From positions 1,736,001-1,800,000 of the forward strand of contig MU063499.1 in assembly GCA_013265495.1 (NCBI GenBank): a stretch of 64,000 nt of DNA, given 5' to 3'. Source of the stretch: Vicugna vicugna. Its lineage: Eukaryota. Of the stretch, positions 21,931-35,750 are shown one piece after another. Below the pieces are notes generated by a model. The model was not told the DNA's origin and made no database searches. It saw only the letters and a list, made by a program, of their open reading frames with translations. The first letter of the stretch is position 1; each line of letters starts with the position of its first letter. A program made the translations under genes and the position numbers.

Positions 21931-24769
21931 AGCTCTGGAGAGGCTACAGGACTTATTTAGCATGCAGGGTTTGCAAGTGTCTGAGCAGGGGCCTGGGCCT
22001 AACTCTCTGCCTTCCCCAGTGGCACTAGGACTAATAGTCGTCTCCCCAGGGTGATCTTGGAAGGGATCATGAGAATGGGTCTTGAGGATGCTCAGGGCTG
22101 GGCCAGTGGGGCTAGGTCTCAGGCACAGCTTCTTGGCTTACTAACTCAGCAGTGGAGTGGGGTTAGGGGGCCCTTTTGGAGCCCCAGGCAGGGGATTCTC
22201 TGAGTCCTTCAGTGAAAAGGTGGCTCTTCTGAGGGGAGATGGGGGTAATGGGGTGAGAAGTGAGAATCTCCACCCTTTTCCTCAGCACTGTCTTAGCCCT
22301 TTCAGCCCTGCTAGGGTCAGGGGGCAGTCTGGGTAGACAAGAGTTTGACTGAGGCCAGAGTACCTCTTAATACTGAGGCTTTGGCCCTGTGAGCCAGGAC
22401 TGAGTTCTGACCAGCCCCTGTGGTACTCCAGATGCTGTGAGGGAGGAATGGAGAGTGTGAGTGGCTAGAGATCATGGGCCCAGGCAGCGCTGGCTTTAAG
22501 CAGGACTGGGTCTAGGCCCTTCCCCATAGGTGCTGTGCCTAACAAGTAACTTGGGGGAACTTGTGACTGCAACAACTTCCAAGGCATCTCCTCTTGAATC
22601 TAGGGCCTCAGTGCTCTCTGTTCTGGGCTGAGAACTGGGACAGGCTTACAGTACCCCTTAAGGCTTCAGGGGTGAGTGTGACTAGGGCTACTGGCTTGAG
22701 ACCTTCAGGACCTGACCCTAGGTTGGCCCTCCAGGGGGACATGGATTAGATGTGGACCCCACCCCAGCACCTTCCTGTTCTTGCCAACTCCCACCCTCTC
22801 CAGTGACCAAGCCTAAAAGTCCGTACCCTACTGGGCAGGTTCACTCCATCTTTCAAGATGGGACAAACACAGCCTGAAGCACATTGTACCTATACTGTGA
22901 GTGATGGCTCTGCTTTGAGGAGGGAGGGGACACCTTTCTGCTTATAGCCTCTGCTCCCTACCCAGGAGGCCCAGGACAGGGGGACCTCAGCACATGGGCA
23001 GGCCTGGGCCCCAGGAGCTCAGCCAGCCTGTGGATGGGTCTCAGCCTTCTCTCTGCCTCTACCTAGCCCCTTCTCCAGTTGCTCCAGGTCAGCCTAGGTA
23101 GAGGCCCTGGGCTCTGTGTCTCTCAGCTTCCCCAGACCATCCCAGGTTCCCAGGCTGGCCTGTCCTTGTCCTGTAGCCTGGATTTGTCTAGCCCACTCCT
23201 TCCTGGTGGTCCAGGTCTAGCATCTTGATCGCTCTCTATGCCCATCCTCCTGGTCCTGTTGCTCAAGGTGGAAGATAGTGCTTAGTATGAAGCCTGAAAC
23301 AGAGCAGGCGCTCATAAAGCAGGAAGAGCTGTGGTCGCTGTCCCTGTAGCTGTTGCTGCTCTTTGGGGGCCCTAGAGAAGTAGACTTCTCCTTCTTGGGG
23401 AGCTGGGCCTCTTCCCCTTTCCCTCAGCCCCTGATCACTGGCTTGGTCTATCTTGGCCTCATTCACACTCAGCGGCTCCCTCCCAAGGCCAGTTTCCGCC
23501 ACCAGTGCTGTCAGTCCACTCTCCATTCCACCCTTAGCACTTGCTGCTGTCCCTTTGGCAGGAACTGGAGGTCTGCTTGCCAAGTATCCAGGGCAGGGGA
23601 CTGCCTCCTACTGACCTCTTGCTTGTGACCCCTTCCAGTCCTAACTGGTTAATTGACACCCCTTAGCTTCACTCCTAACTGGACACAGGTCTGCCCATCT
23701 GTCCCCCATCAGTCACCCCATCATAGCTGAGACCCAGCCCCTCAATCCTTATCCCATATATGAAAATTGGGACCTGAAGTTAGTGGTCGGAAGTCACATG
23801 GCTTGACTGGGAGGGCGGATTATAGCAGAGGCCAGAATCCTCTTCCCTCCTGACTTCCTGCCAAGCCCACTTGTGGTCCTCAGCCTCTTGGCAGGCAGAA
23901 GTGACTTAGATAAATAAAAACAATAAAAGAGGGGTTCTGCACATGGAGGAGAGATGGAGTCTTCTTTCTGCCCCTGCTCTCTGGGCTCTGGGTCCACTGG
24001 AGCCTGTTGGAGGCCCCCAGGGCTCCCAGTGCCCTCCTCTTACTGTCTTTGTGGAGTGGAGTGGTGGGGTGCCAGATCCCCATGCTCAGGAAATCCCTGC
24101 ATTGCTCCACAGGTGGGGCTGGCCTGTTGGAGCTGGTGCTGTAGAGCTGGATTTGAGGCTGGGTGGGGCTGCCAGGACAGCCAGGTACTTTCATCTGGCA
24201 GCTGCCACTCCTTCACCTGCCATCTCCAGACCGGTCAGATCAGCCTCTGCGGGGCCTCTTGTTTACTGAGTCAACAAATCAGGAAGCATGTGAAGGGCTG
24301 GCAGCCCTGTACAGTGGGGTCTGGAGTCTGCAGTAGTGGTTTCACTGCAACTGAGCATCTCCGCAGGCTGCCCATCTCCTGGAAGGAAAGGCTCTGAGGA
24401 GGTCAAGCACTACCACACTCAAGTGGAGCCTTTGGAACTGCCAGGAGTAGGCCATTTGCTTTTTAAATGAACATCCTAAGGAGGGCATCAAACCCTATGA
24501 AATGCCAATAGTGGGTTTTCCACGGAGGTGGGTTGTTTTGAGATGCTTCACACCCTGCCCAGCCGGCCTTGGTCACAGCTTTAGAAGCTGTGCTCCTGGC
24601 TACTGTTGGGATTCCCTCTGCTGGGACTCCCAGAACCTTCTTCCCTTTCCACCCAGGAAGTGACACCATCTGTCCAGGTGTCAGGCCTTGGGGTTGTGGA
24701 TTCTAATATTCTTGTAAATAGCTAACAGTTTTCCAGAGTGTTCTGTCTGGCTGACCCTGTTCTCAGTGT

Positions 24770-24930
24770 GCAATACGTGTTATCTTACCTAACTTGTTAT
24801 TCCCATTTTATGGTTGAAGACACTGATACTCATAAAGGTAAATGCTTTGCCCAAGGTGGACAGCTGGTGAGTGGCAGGGCTGGGAGCCTTGGCAGTTTGA
24901 TGACAGAGTCTTAGCACCTTAGTCATCTCA
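24770..24930 (-). mobile_element. MIR SINE fragment
   Basis: TTATTCCCATTTTATGGTTGAAGACACTGA...TTGCCCAAGG...CAGCTGGTGAGTGGCAG. Confidence 0.7.
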
Positions 24931-27900
24931 TGCCTCGTGCAAGTCTGTGGGGACATGGGAGGGTCTCTGAGACTTGGCCCCTGGAATGATGCTGGCAATG
25001 TCCTCCATGGTTCCCCTGGGTCCTAAGTGATGCTGCTGGTATTTGTCTGTACCTGCCTAGCTCCCTCCCTGTACAGGACTCTATGCCTGTAAGTGGTGGT
25101 GGTCATGCAAGGCCAGTGCATGAGGACCATGATGGCCGTGGGACTGCACCAGAAAGGTTGTGTGGTTCATCCCAGGTCTTCTGAATTTCAGGCAAGCGCA
25201 GCCTAGCAGAGTCCAGGGTGCCACAGGCAGGAAGTCAGGTTGGTGAGTGGGGGAGAGAAAACTGTCAGGACCGGGCCAGCCAGGGGCAGTTTCCTGGAAG
25301 ACATTGCCAGCTTTAATGCAGGCCTCTGGTCTGAGAAGGATGTGGATGACAGAGGAGGACCCAGGGTGTGACGACATGTCTGGCTTGGACAGCTCAGCGC
25401 CTGCTGTGCAGTACCGCTTCCCCACTCCTGAGTCTTGTGTCCTGGTCGGATATGGCTCATCTCGGCAGGGCTGGGGTCCAGGCCCTGACAAACTCTGGGG
25501 AGCTGTGGAGGGACCAAAGTGCTCTGCGGAAGAAGAGGCATTTACATAGGGCTTGAAGGATGGAGAGAAAAGGCCAGAGTTGACTCTCACTCTCCATCTG
25601 CCCACAACTCAGATTCATAGGTTGTCCACTAGAGGCCTCTCTCTTTGGTGACCTTCCCCACTAGGTGGGCAAAAATCTTCCCTCCTTCTCCTAGAGCTTT
25701 TTTTTCTAGCATCACCAGGACCACCCTTGTGGACCAGTGTTGCCAGGGGTTTTGTAGGGGCTTCTGGGTCACCTGGGCTGTAGTTCAGTTCAGGGCCTGG
25801 TCTCTATGACAACAGAGGTCTGTTATGTCTCTGCTGAGGTTTGCACTTGGGGAAGCTGTTTCCTACTTTGATCCCTTGTCTTCCTCTCCCAGGACCTCCT
25901 TGACACATCATCATAGGAGACCCCTGTGAGGGGGCAGCAGGTGGAGCATCTGGCTCTGTAGCCCCCCCAGCCTCCTTTCCTGGCAACGGGCTGCCATGTG
26001 TCCCAAGGTGATGGCCACCAGGCAAGAGCTGGGGACAGTGGTCATCCCTAGGTGAGGGCGTCTTCGCAGCACACCTGTATTGTAAAAGTGTTCACCAGGT
26101 CCCACCCGGATAGGTGAGTCTGCTGCTCTCAGGGCAGGGGGATCATGGCTCCAATGGACTCCCACAGGCTCCCATGTTTTCCGAGGAGAACTTCGGTTCT
26201 GCTGCCCTTTGTCCCACCTGTTCGAGGTCTCGTGTGGCTCCACATGAGAGGCCGCCTGGTGTTGAGAGAGGAACAGGGCTCTGTGCTTAAAGTCCTTCCT
26301 GCTACTTTCTCCCCAAGTGACCTTGGAAAAAGGCAGTTTTGGAATTTTTTGCAAAACCACCATCATTTTGGTGCAGTTGAACCCTGGATTTGAATGTGTG
26401 GTGGGGAACGGGATGCGGTCTGAGTAGCTAACTCTCCCTGGGCTCCTGCTATGAGACTGCCCAGGCCCACAGACACTGTCAGAGAGCAGAGATCTCATCT
26501 GGGGCGGCCTGGGTACAGTTTTTGGTGGCGCTTTATTGGCCTTCATGAGGTCTCACTTGGGCTTACCCTGCACCTGGGGAAGCCAGCCCCTTGCACGGTT
26601 GGAAAGAATGATGTGAAAGAAACCCCTCCCCACCTCTGCCCTTTTGGAACTAAGTGGATTAGGCCCTGTGTCATTGTGATGAGCACCCTGCTGTGTGGGA
26701 ACCGTGGGGGCCCGTTTAGAGCAGGAGTACCAGGCGGGCCTTTTTGAGGATGAGGAGCCTCAGGAGGCCTTTTCAGCACTGGATGGACCAGGGATGCTGA
26801 GAAGATTGATTTTGCTTTTTTTGCAGGTTTGATATTAGGTTTACCTTTTTCTTTAGACCAGGGCTTTGTCCTTGCTACTTTCTCTTTGTGCTGCTTTCCC
26901 TCTTTCTGTCTTCTCTGCCTCCCTGTCCCTCTCCTTGCCCATCTCTGTTTCTTCTGCTGTTGCTCAGTCCCTCCTCTCTCGGGCTGCCACCTTCTATCTG
27001 TCTCATGGGTTCGGGCCTGGCTTGCCTCTTCTCCGCAGCCTGCGGGCTGAGGGCAGGCGGAGGACAGATGGGGGCTGGTCAGGTGCTCGGGACTCATCCT
27101 ACTCATCCTAGTCACCCTGAAAGCCTGCCCCACCCCCCAGTATCTGGTAGGGGTAGGACAAGAAGGAGGCCGCTCACAGTGTTTCCTCCGCTCCTGGCCT
27201 TGACCGAGTGCTGTCCGCCTTGGCAGCTGGAGCATTGGAGTCAGGGGCATTTGGGCCAAGCTTGTAACCTGAGGCTGTTCCCTGTGGAGTCTGGGAAGTC
27301 AGCCTTGGCTGTGGCTTCTGCTAGTGGGTCTCCTTTTATGGCTCAGTGGTCTGAGACTTGCTGGGGACAATGGTGCAAGACCAGGAGTACTGTGACGCCC
27401 AAGGATTGCTGGATGAGGTCGGGGAGAGAAAGGGCCACAGTCTCCCAGCCAACTGAGAGAGCCTATGGGGGGGATGGGGGGGCTTGAGGTGCGAGGCAGA
27501 ATGTGCCTCTGTTTTAGGTTCGGAACTGCGCTGCCCTGTGCTAGCTGGGATGAGCACCCCAGAGCTGCTGGCTCTCTAGCCTGCACCCTGAGCTTGACCC
27601 CACCCCACCCCTTAAGTGATGATCAGAGTCTATTTTCAGGAGCATGAAAGGCCAGGGCCTTGACCTGCCACAGTCATCACCCCATTCCTAAGGGTTCAGC
27701 CTCCAGGGAACTCAGCTTGTTCCATAGCTGTTCCCGCAACATAAACAAACCCCCTTCTCAGGATGTGGCAGTGGGACTGGCAGGTGGTCTTCATGCCCTC
27801 TGACAGGCAGCAGCATGGGGCGGGGGGATAAAAGCACCCACTTATCCCTGGAGTGCTTTCTACACACTAAACACAAACACAGCAGAGTCTAAGAATGGGT

Positions 27901-30900
27901 TGGCACCACCCCCATGTCCTGGATGCAGAGACTGAGGTCCAGGAAGGCAAACTAACTCACTCAGGATCACATAGCAGGACACACCCAGGTTGGGCTGGAA
28001 CCCCAGCCTGTCTGGCAGCCAAGCTGTGCTCTTAGCCATCCTTCCCTGTGTGGCGGGCCCCCTCCCGGGCCTGTGTGCCCATCTGTAATAAGGGGCTGGG
28101 TGCTCTGCTTGACCGGGGCCCCCCTTCTGGCTGTGAAGACCGTTTTGATGGGCAGTGACCATGAACAGTGCCAGGGGAACAGTCAGCTGGGGTGACACCA
28201 CTGTGGGGTGTGTGTTCTGCTGGGAACAGGAGCTCTGGGGTTAAGACCCTTCTCCAGCGCACTCCGTGGCTCAGTTCGATCTCTGAGTCAGGCCAAGCCT
28301 GTACCAGGGTGCGTCTTTACCCTAGGAAGGCTGAGAGAGTGCAGATGAGTCACTGCAGCCCATTCCCAGGGCAGGAGTGTCCCTCGGTGCTGCCAGGCCA
28401 CCGCCCCAGTCTCCCAGAGGGTGAGGCCTTCCTCCCTCTTTCACTTCCCCTTCCTCATGGCTGTGGCTCCAGAGACCAGGAGTTTCCCAGGAGCTGGTTG
28501 GGTGTTGGAGGCTTGGGAGCCTCCTAGCTGAACAGGAGCAGCAGAGAGAGGGTCCTGGGCCCAAGGCTAAGGAGGCTGGAAGCCTGGGCAGCCAGTTCCC
28601 CTGCCTCCCCTGGGAGGAGCCTGAGGAGGGCGATGGCTGCCCACGCTCACCCAGGTCTGTGTGGGGAGCTGCAGGGACGTGGATGAAGCCCAGGGGAGTG
28701 CGAGAGCTGCCGAGCAGACTTGGTGTTGGCCTTGGGAGGAGCAGGTCTTGGGGGCAGAGTCAGACGGTTTTCTAGGGTCTCTGCAGCCCCCACTTCTTAC
28801 TCTCTGTCATCTTTGTAACATCTCCTCTGGGAGAAAGAGACCAGCTGTCCTTCCGAGAGCTAGAGGCTGTTGGGTCCCCCTCTGCAGAGCTGGCCAGAGG
28901 CATGGCCAGCTGGGTGCCTCAGCAGGGGTCTCCTGGGCATGGCTTCACTCGCCCTGGTTGCCCCTGCTTAGGGAAGGTAGCCACTGCCTCTGTCGCCCCG
29001 CATGGGCTGGGCTGGCATGTCTGCAGCACAGCTGGGGCACAGCCTCAGTGGCCGAGGTGGGGGTCTCTGCATGAGGAAGGCCCACTGAAGAGGCATTTCT
29101 GAGTTCAGAATAAAACACTTGTGTTTGCTAAAAGTTTTTCAGTCTTACGAAGAACATGTCTTATTTTCACACTGTCATAGAAGGTCTAGAACCAGGGTAA
29201 TGTTTCACCAATTGTGTAGCTGATTTTGACAGAAAAATCCTTTTCTCCTTTAAGAAGCTAAAGGAGAATAATAGAAGCTGGACCCTCTAAGCAAGCACTC
29301 GCAGGGCTCACGAGATGCCATGTGGCCTCTCCTCAGCCCCGTGGGAAGGCCATGGGTGGAATGTGAGGGTCTGGCACCTGCCGGGGGCAGGGGAGTTCTG
29401 GTCCTGCCACTTATATACTGTGTAACCTCTGAGAGAGGGTGGAGGCCGTAGCTCTTTCTGTGCCTCTTTCCCTACCTGTAAAGCAGGTGCTGATAGTCCC
29501 AGACCTGCCTGCCCCCCTCATGGGTGAGGAGAGTGTGTGCCCATTTCACAGATGAGGAGCTGGGGCTCAGGGAGGTTAGGGGACCAACGCAAGGTTACCA
29601 CACACTTTGCAGAAGGGGGCGTTGCTTGAGAGGGTGCTCAGAGGAGTTGCAGATGTAAAGGTGTCTGTCGAAGAAAGTGGGGGTGCCCCCTCCTCCAGTC
29701 TGCCAAAGCTGAGGGCTGGGTTAATTCCTTGACTTGGGTCCCTGGCTTAGGTTGTTTCCCGTGGCCAGGGTTCCCCCCTGAGATCAGCCACGATCTCCCC
29801 ACCCTGGAGGGTCTGCCCCCTCCTCACTGAGCCTTTCACAGCAAAACATGAGCCACAGACTCTTGATCCTTGGTCCACTTTTGCAAAGCCCAGTCCTGCC
29901 TCTCTCGGGATCTGAGATCATTTTCTGTGACCTGCTGGATTGGAGGGAGCCCACCTCCCTGGGCCCCAGAGGCTGCACCTGAATATCCCCATAATCTGAA
30001 GAACATGGAGGTGAAGACTGTGAGGCCACCTCAAGGCAAGACACAGGAGAACCCTGAAGTCAAGCAAACCTTGAAGCCCATCTCTGCTCTGTGTGCACTT
30101 GGCCCTGTGCTAACCTGAGCTCTCTGTGTGTTCTCATTCCATCCTCATGGCCACTGGGGGATATGAGTACTGTCACTGTCCCCATTTTCCAGGTTGGGCC
30201 AGTAAGACTCAGAGAGATTGAATGGCCTGTGCATAGCCACAGGTGAGTGGAGGATGGAACTGTCCTCTGCATCTGGCACGCAGGTCTGTCTGACCTGGAG
30301 CCCTGTGGCCATAACTGGTTCTTCTTAGCTCATGGACCCTGGCCTGGGGCACTGGGACCCCTTGGGCCTGCCCAGCTACCACTCATGTTCCTCTGTCCCT
30401 CTCCCTCCCTGCCTAGGAGCCTAGCTTAGTTTTGTTTTGGAAACCTTCATCCCCTCCCCCACACCTCTCTATTCCTCCCCAGACCTGGCACTTCTGCCTT
30501 TGTTTCCAGGTTTTCTGGGGCTGGTGGGAAGCAAACAAACTGAGACCACCAATATTTAGCAAATTGAAGGAGTTTTGTGTTCTTGAGACTTGACAATTTC
30601 AAGTATGTGTTGGCCCTCCTGTTCGCAGAGCTTCCTGGGAAGACATTGAGCTTGGAGCCCCAGCTACTCCCTCCCCTCCCAGGACTATGGTGGGAGGTGA
30701 GGAGGGAGGCTCCCAGTCAGTCAGCTACTTGCACCCCCACTTCTGACCATCAGGTACCCAGCCTTGGCCTGGAATGGGAGCAGCTGTTTGGGAGCCCTCT
30801 CTGTTCCTGGGCTCCCTTGAGAGGGGCTGGCCTTCCCCATCTTGCCTGCTTTGCCAGGTTGTGGCTCTGGAAAGAAAGGAGAATGAAAGAGAAGGAGCCA

Positions 30901-31409
30901 GGACCAGTTCCCTAGGGCTTACATCCTCATCAAGCATCCTGATGGGCAGTAACTCATCCGTAGACCCACACATGCTTGAGGACAGAGTGCCTGTGGCAGC
31001 ATTCCCAGCCGCAGCTTCAGGCCTACCCACCCCTCGGCAGGGCAGGAAATGTTTGCAGGCATCGGGAGGAGATTTGTAAAACGGGCAGGCCTTTCTGGGC
31101 ATGAAAGTTGAATCCTGGTTCCCAAAGGACTCCTAGACTCGGAGATAGCCACGGGTGAACCCTGTGACCCCGAAAAGCTATACAACTTCCCTGAGTCTCA
31201 GTCTTCTCAGCTGAAAATGATGGTCAGTGATGCCATTGTTGAAAGGGGTGTAATTGCCCAGTACCTAGCAGGGGCCCTGTGAACATCCGCCACCAGCATA
31301 ATAACTACCAAGTGGCAGAGCCTGGTCTAGCCCCAGGGACCTGGGGCCAAGCTCCACGTACAACAGGAGCAGAGCAGCCGTTTGCATTGTCCACACTGCT
31401 AGCGCTAAC

Positions 31410-31570
31410 AGGTATGGATTCAAGTTTTGACTCTCACTACCCAGAGGTGTGACTGGGCAAGTTACTTAACCTCTTAGAGTCAGTCTCCCCACAGGAAAAG
31501 GATGATGCTGGTTCTTCTCAGGATATAGTGAGTGATGACTGAGGTGGTGTCTGTGGCCAAGCGCTGTGGC
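31410..31570 (+). mobile_element. MIR SINE fragment
   Basis: GTGTGACTGGGCAAGTTACTTAACCTCT core. Confidence 0.75.
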
Positions 31571-33424
31571 CAACGCAGCACTAGCTGAGCCCCAGGGAGA
31601 GACTGTTGTTATAAAGGCAGTCCTCACACTGCATCAGGCCTTGGGCCTTCAGCTGTGGCCTGGACGTTTGGGGTCAGTGGTATAATGTGAGCCAACCCCG
31701 AGACAGAGGACTGTATGTGGCCAGAAGTTAATGCAGCGAGGTCTTTTCCCGCGTGGGGCCAACTAATCCGTAGCAGCAAAATTGGTTCCATTAGTTCCCT
31801 TACTGAGCTACTAAAGCTGGGGAAATGAGTGCGTGAGAGAATAATGGCACATGTCTGAGGCTCTCACTTGAAACTGTGGCTAAAACGTTAGATTTGACGT
31901 GGCCAGCAGATTTCCCGATAGCACTGGTGCCCTTGGGGGGAGGGAGAGGGTGAAGTCAGTGAGGAGGGGATGGCTCTGGCTTTAAAAGGAAGATACTGAG
32001 GCCCTAAGGAGGAAATTCCTGCTTAGAACCCTGAACTTGAGGTCAGTCTTCATCATCCCCTCACGAAACTATGGCCTATCCCCCAAGTTGGCAAAACAGC
32101 CAGCAAGGGTCCCACAAGCTGGCCAGGAGCCAGGGCGCAGTGCAGTAATGACCCTCCCTGGTGCTAACATCACAAAGGCAGGGTGGTCGCAACAACTGGC
32201 TGTAAAGTGAATCCTGCTCTTCCAGTGGTGTTTCTCAGAAGATTAGAGCTACAACACATGGAAAAATTATCCTCACTAATCACAGAACTGGGAGCCAGAA
32301 GGGATGCCAGATGTGACTGAGTTGAAGACTCTTACGAGGAGGGAGTTTTGTCAGTTCAAAGTGCTCTTCTCATCCATGATCTCCCTCTGTAGAGAACTGG
32401 GGTTCTCCACATGAAAAAAATAATGAGTCATTTTTACAAATCTATGTATTTGTAAATATTTTACAAATATGCAAACGTATGTTTTCCTGTAACAGTCTGT
32501 TTACTTCGGGCCCCTGAGCGTGTTTGCTGTGGTGTCATCAACAGCCTGGTCATCAATGCACCTTTTCACTGCTCCCGCCTGGCACTGAACAAAGCTGCAA
32601 ACCCAGGAAAGGGGAAACAATGTGAGTTGTGGTGGCCCATAGGGCAGTGAGAAGAAATGGACCCGTGGCTTCCAGGAGGTTCCCTTTGCTATAGGGGTGG
32701 TGTCTATCAGGCTGTGGGTTGTCATGAAATCAAATTCGTATTTCTTAATTGCTGCTGCCTCACTGATGGGAGAGATTACAAGCCAGCTCTCCTCCCCTGG
32801 AAGGAGTGGGTGTTCCGGCAGAGGCCACAGAGCAGCTTGGCCTGGGCTGCAGGTTAATTGGCTGGGAGTATGGAGGTTGGGGTGGGGTTGGGGAGGCTAC
32901 TTGTCCAGGCCCAGGCCTTGGGGCCTCCTGTGTGTGTGTAAGACAGACAGAGATACTGTGAACACTTAACTTGGGAAGAGCCTGCCCTGGAGTGAGCTGG
33001 GTGTGGACACTGGCTATGTGTGTGTGCATTTGGGCCCGGGAAGGTGGCTGAAGAGGAGTGTTGGGGGCTGGTCCCAAGGCTGTCTTACAGAGTCACCGTA
33101 GACATCCCAGCTCCATTTGATGCTCTAGGAAGACAGACAGGGTGCTTTTACAGCTCTGTGCAAGGGAGGCGATGGGCCCTGCCGTGGAGGTGGGGCCTCA
33201 GTGGGAGTGGAGGTCTGAGCAAAGTGGTCTGGGCTTGGTCACCTGCCCAGGCGAGGCTGTCAGAGGTTGAGTTGTTTTAGCAAAACCCCCAGTCTTTCTT
33301 GGGCACCTCTTTGTGCCTAGTTCTCTGTAGACACTTCAGAGAAATAGAAAATTTTGGACAAATAAATGGATAGTTGGATGGGTCCTACTGTCTGGAGGGG
33401 TTCAGAGTCAACATCACAGAGTAT

Positions 33425-33630
33425 AGAGACACAAACATACCCACGGCCCACACACTGACACACATTCCTTGTCCCCAAACTGCCTACACCCATACACACC
33501 CTTGCACACACCCCTTACATGCAGGTGCTTCTGTATGCACGTACCCATGTTTCCATGGGCACACACACGCACCTACATACACCTACACACACCCCTGCTC
33601 ATGCGCACACCTCTACACCCATGCATACAT
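33425..33630 (+). repeat. Degenerate CA-rich low-complexity repeat
   Basis: CACACAC/CATACAC/TACACAC units read directly. Confidence 0.85.
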
Positions 33631-35309
33631 TTATTTCAGAACAAGTTGCCTGAGTTTTGCAAGCTGTAGTTTTGGCCAGGGCCCTCCGACTTGGGACCAC
33701 ACTGTCCTCTCAGTTCCCCTCGGGGGTTGGGGGGTTGTCTGGATGCTCTCTCAAAAGTTCTGTTCTCCTCCCTGTCCCAGCCTCACCGTTCTCCAGCCTG
33801 GCGGCCCCAGGGCAATGACTTCATCCTCTGGAGCCTCTTTTCCCTCAATCTTTAAATTGGGGCTGATGATCCCCACCCTGCTTGCCTCACAGGGTGGCTC
33901 TGAGCATTCCCATGAGATAAGGGAAAAGAGAGTGTCTTGTAAACTGCAAATTGTTTTCCAAACAGTCAAATGCTGCTGTTGAATTCCTGAACTCAGGAAT
34001 TCCTCCACCTACATGTAAACCCTGTCCGCGGGTGAGAAGGGACACAGCGTGGAGGTAGTAAGGAGGCCTGGCCAGTTCCGAGGCTCCCATTCCCGCTGGT
34101 GATGCTGGAGGTGCGTAGGCAGGTGTCTGTGGGGCACAGGCTGCTCTGCCCCCAGCCTTTGCTGGGTCCACTGTCGGGTCAGATTGGCAGGGGTCTCAGG
34201 TGTCTGGCTGCAGGCTCTTGGGTAGGTAAGAGACTTTGGCAAAGGAGAGTGAGGGGAGAAGGATGGGGTGGGAAGCATTTGATCAAAGCTTGAAGCTAGT
34301 GTAGTATCATTTGTTTAAGGAAATGTTGACTCAGATTCGATACTCGTCTGACTTCAGTGGGGACCCATGACACCAGTACACCTGGGAGCCAAGGTTCTGC
34401 CTCACAGGTGTGCGGGGATGCCTGTCGGGCACTAGCTGGAGCTGTGGAGCTGCCCAGGAGCCATCACAGACCCTCCAGCTTTGGTGGACCCCTTGTGGGG
34501 GTTGCTCAGGGGACATAGGATGGAAGTGAGGCCAGGGTGTAGGTCTGTTGGGTTGTCAGAAGGCCACCCCATCTTCTTTTCTCCAGAGCTGTGACTGAGG
34601 ACCAGGACACCAGGTGGCCCCCATGAGGTTCAGGCATTTGGATATAGGGTCAGTGGAGACCCAGGGGCCAATCGATGGGGGCAGTGATGTGGGAGTGGGG
34701 CTACAGTAGGTACTTTGCAAGGAGCTCTGACCAGAGGTCCTCCTTGTGGTTCCCATCCCCCTGGTCTAGCCCAAGCCTTGCCACGTAACACTGGGGAGAG
34801 AGAGGCACAGAAAGGCAAAGGACCAGCCCAAGGTCACACAGAATAGTAGAACCTGGTGGCCTCCCGTCTCCTAGCCCTGTGCTCATTCCTATGCCTGGGA
34901 AGGTGGAACCTGTGCTTGGGGACATCTTTTATGAAGGACGGTGAGGACTCATGTAACCTGCATGAATGAAGCCATCTTGTAATAATGGCCTTGTGAGCTG
35001 GAGCAGTCAGGATGGGCTCCTTGGAAGAGGAGGTAAAGTCTGGTTCACCAGAGAGGGTGGGTGAGGTACACTGGGGAGCAAGTTTGGCCAGGTTGTCATG
35101 TATCCCATTTGTTGAGCCTTCCTGGGGCCTCCTCAATTTAATCTTATTCTGTCCTCGTGGTTGTGAGAATTTCTTTCTCGTACCCCCACTCTACTGATTT
35201 GTTCATTAAATCTACAAATATTATCTGAGTCAGTGTTCTGGCCAATACTGGGACCCAGTGGTGACCAGGCAGACTGGCCCTGCCCTTGTGGGCCCACAGT
35301 CTGATGCAG

Positions 35310-35470
35310 TAGGCAGCATGGTGCCAGCCTTACTGGAAAACAGCTGCATGATCTGGGGCCATTACTTTCCCTCTCTGTGCCTCAATTTCTCTGCTAAAGA
35401 GTGGTGGTAATAGTCTCTTCCTTATAATATTTGTAAAGTGCTCAGAACAGAGCCAGTCACATTGGAAGTA
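35310..35470 (+). mobile_element. MIR SINE fragment
   Basis: CTCTCTGTGCCTCAATTTCTC...GTAAAGTGCTCAGAACAG. Confidence 0.7.
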
Positions 35471-35494
35471 CAATATCTATAGTATGTATTTGTT

Positions 35495-35750
35495 TAAGGA
35501 GTTGTCAAAGGAATGCACTAAGTGTAGGTGGTGAGAAAGTGCTGCACAGGAGGGAGGTAAAAAGAGCGATGATGGGAGCTTTCTGGGGAGCTGGCAGCAT
35601 TTTCTGTCCAGGGCTGTGGGTCATAGGGTGTGTGCAGTCATCAAAATTCACTGAAATGGACTTGAGGCCTGTATGAATGTAAAGTACACTCACTTCACTG
35701 TATGTGAAGTATACCTCAATAACCAAGCATCTATAGAAAGAAAAATAAAG
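35495..35750 (+). mobile_element. L1 3'-end fragment
   Basis: CATCAAAATTCACTGAAATG...TGTATGTGAAGTATACCTCAATAA is typical of old L1M 3' termini. Confidence 0.6.

Noticed and set aside
25081-27487. Several 170-240 aa ORFs in MK3 intron 2
   Set aside because: Low-complexity, overlapping on both strands, no coherent motifs or splice support. I saw no processed pseudogene.
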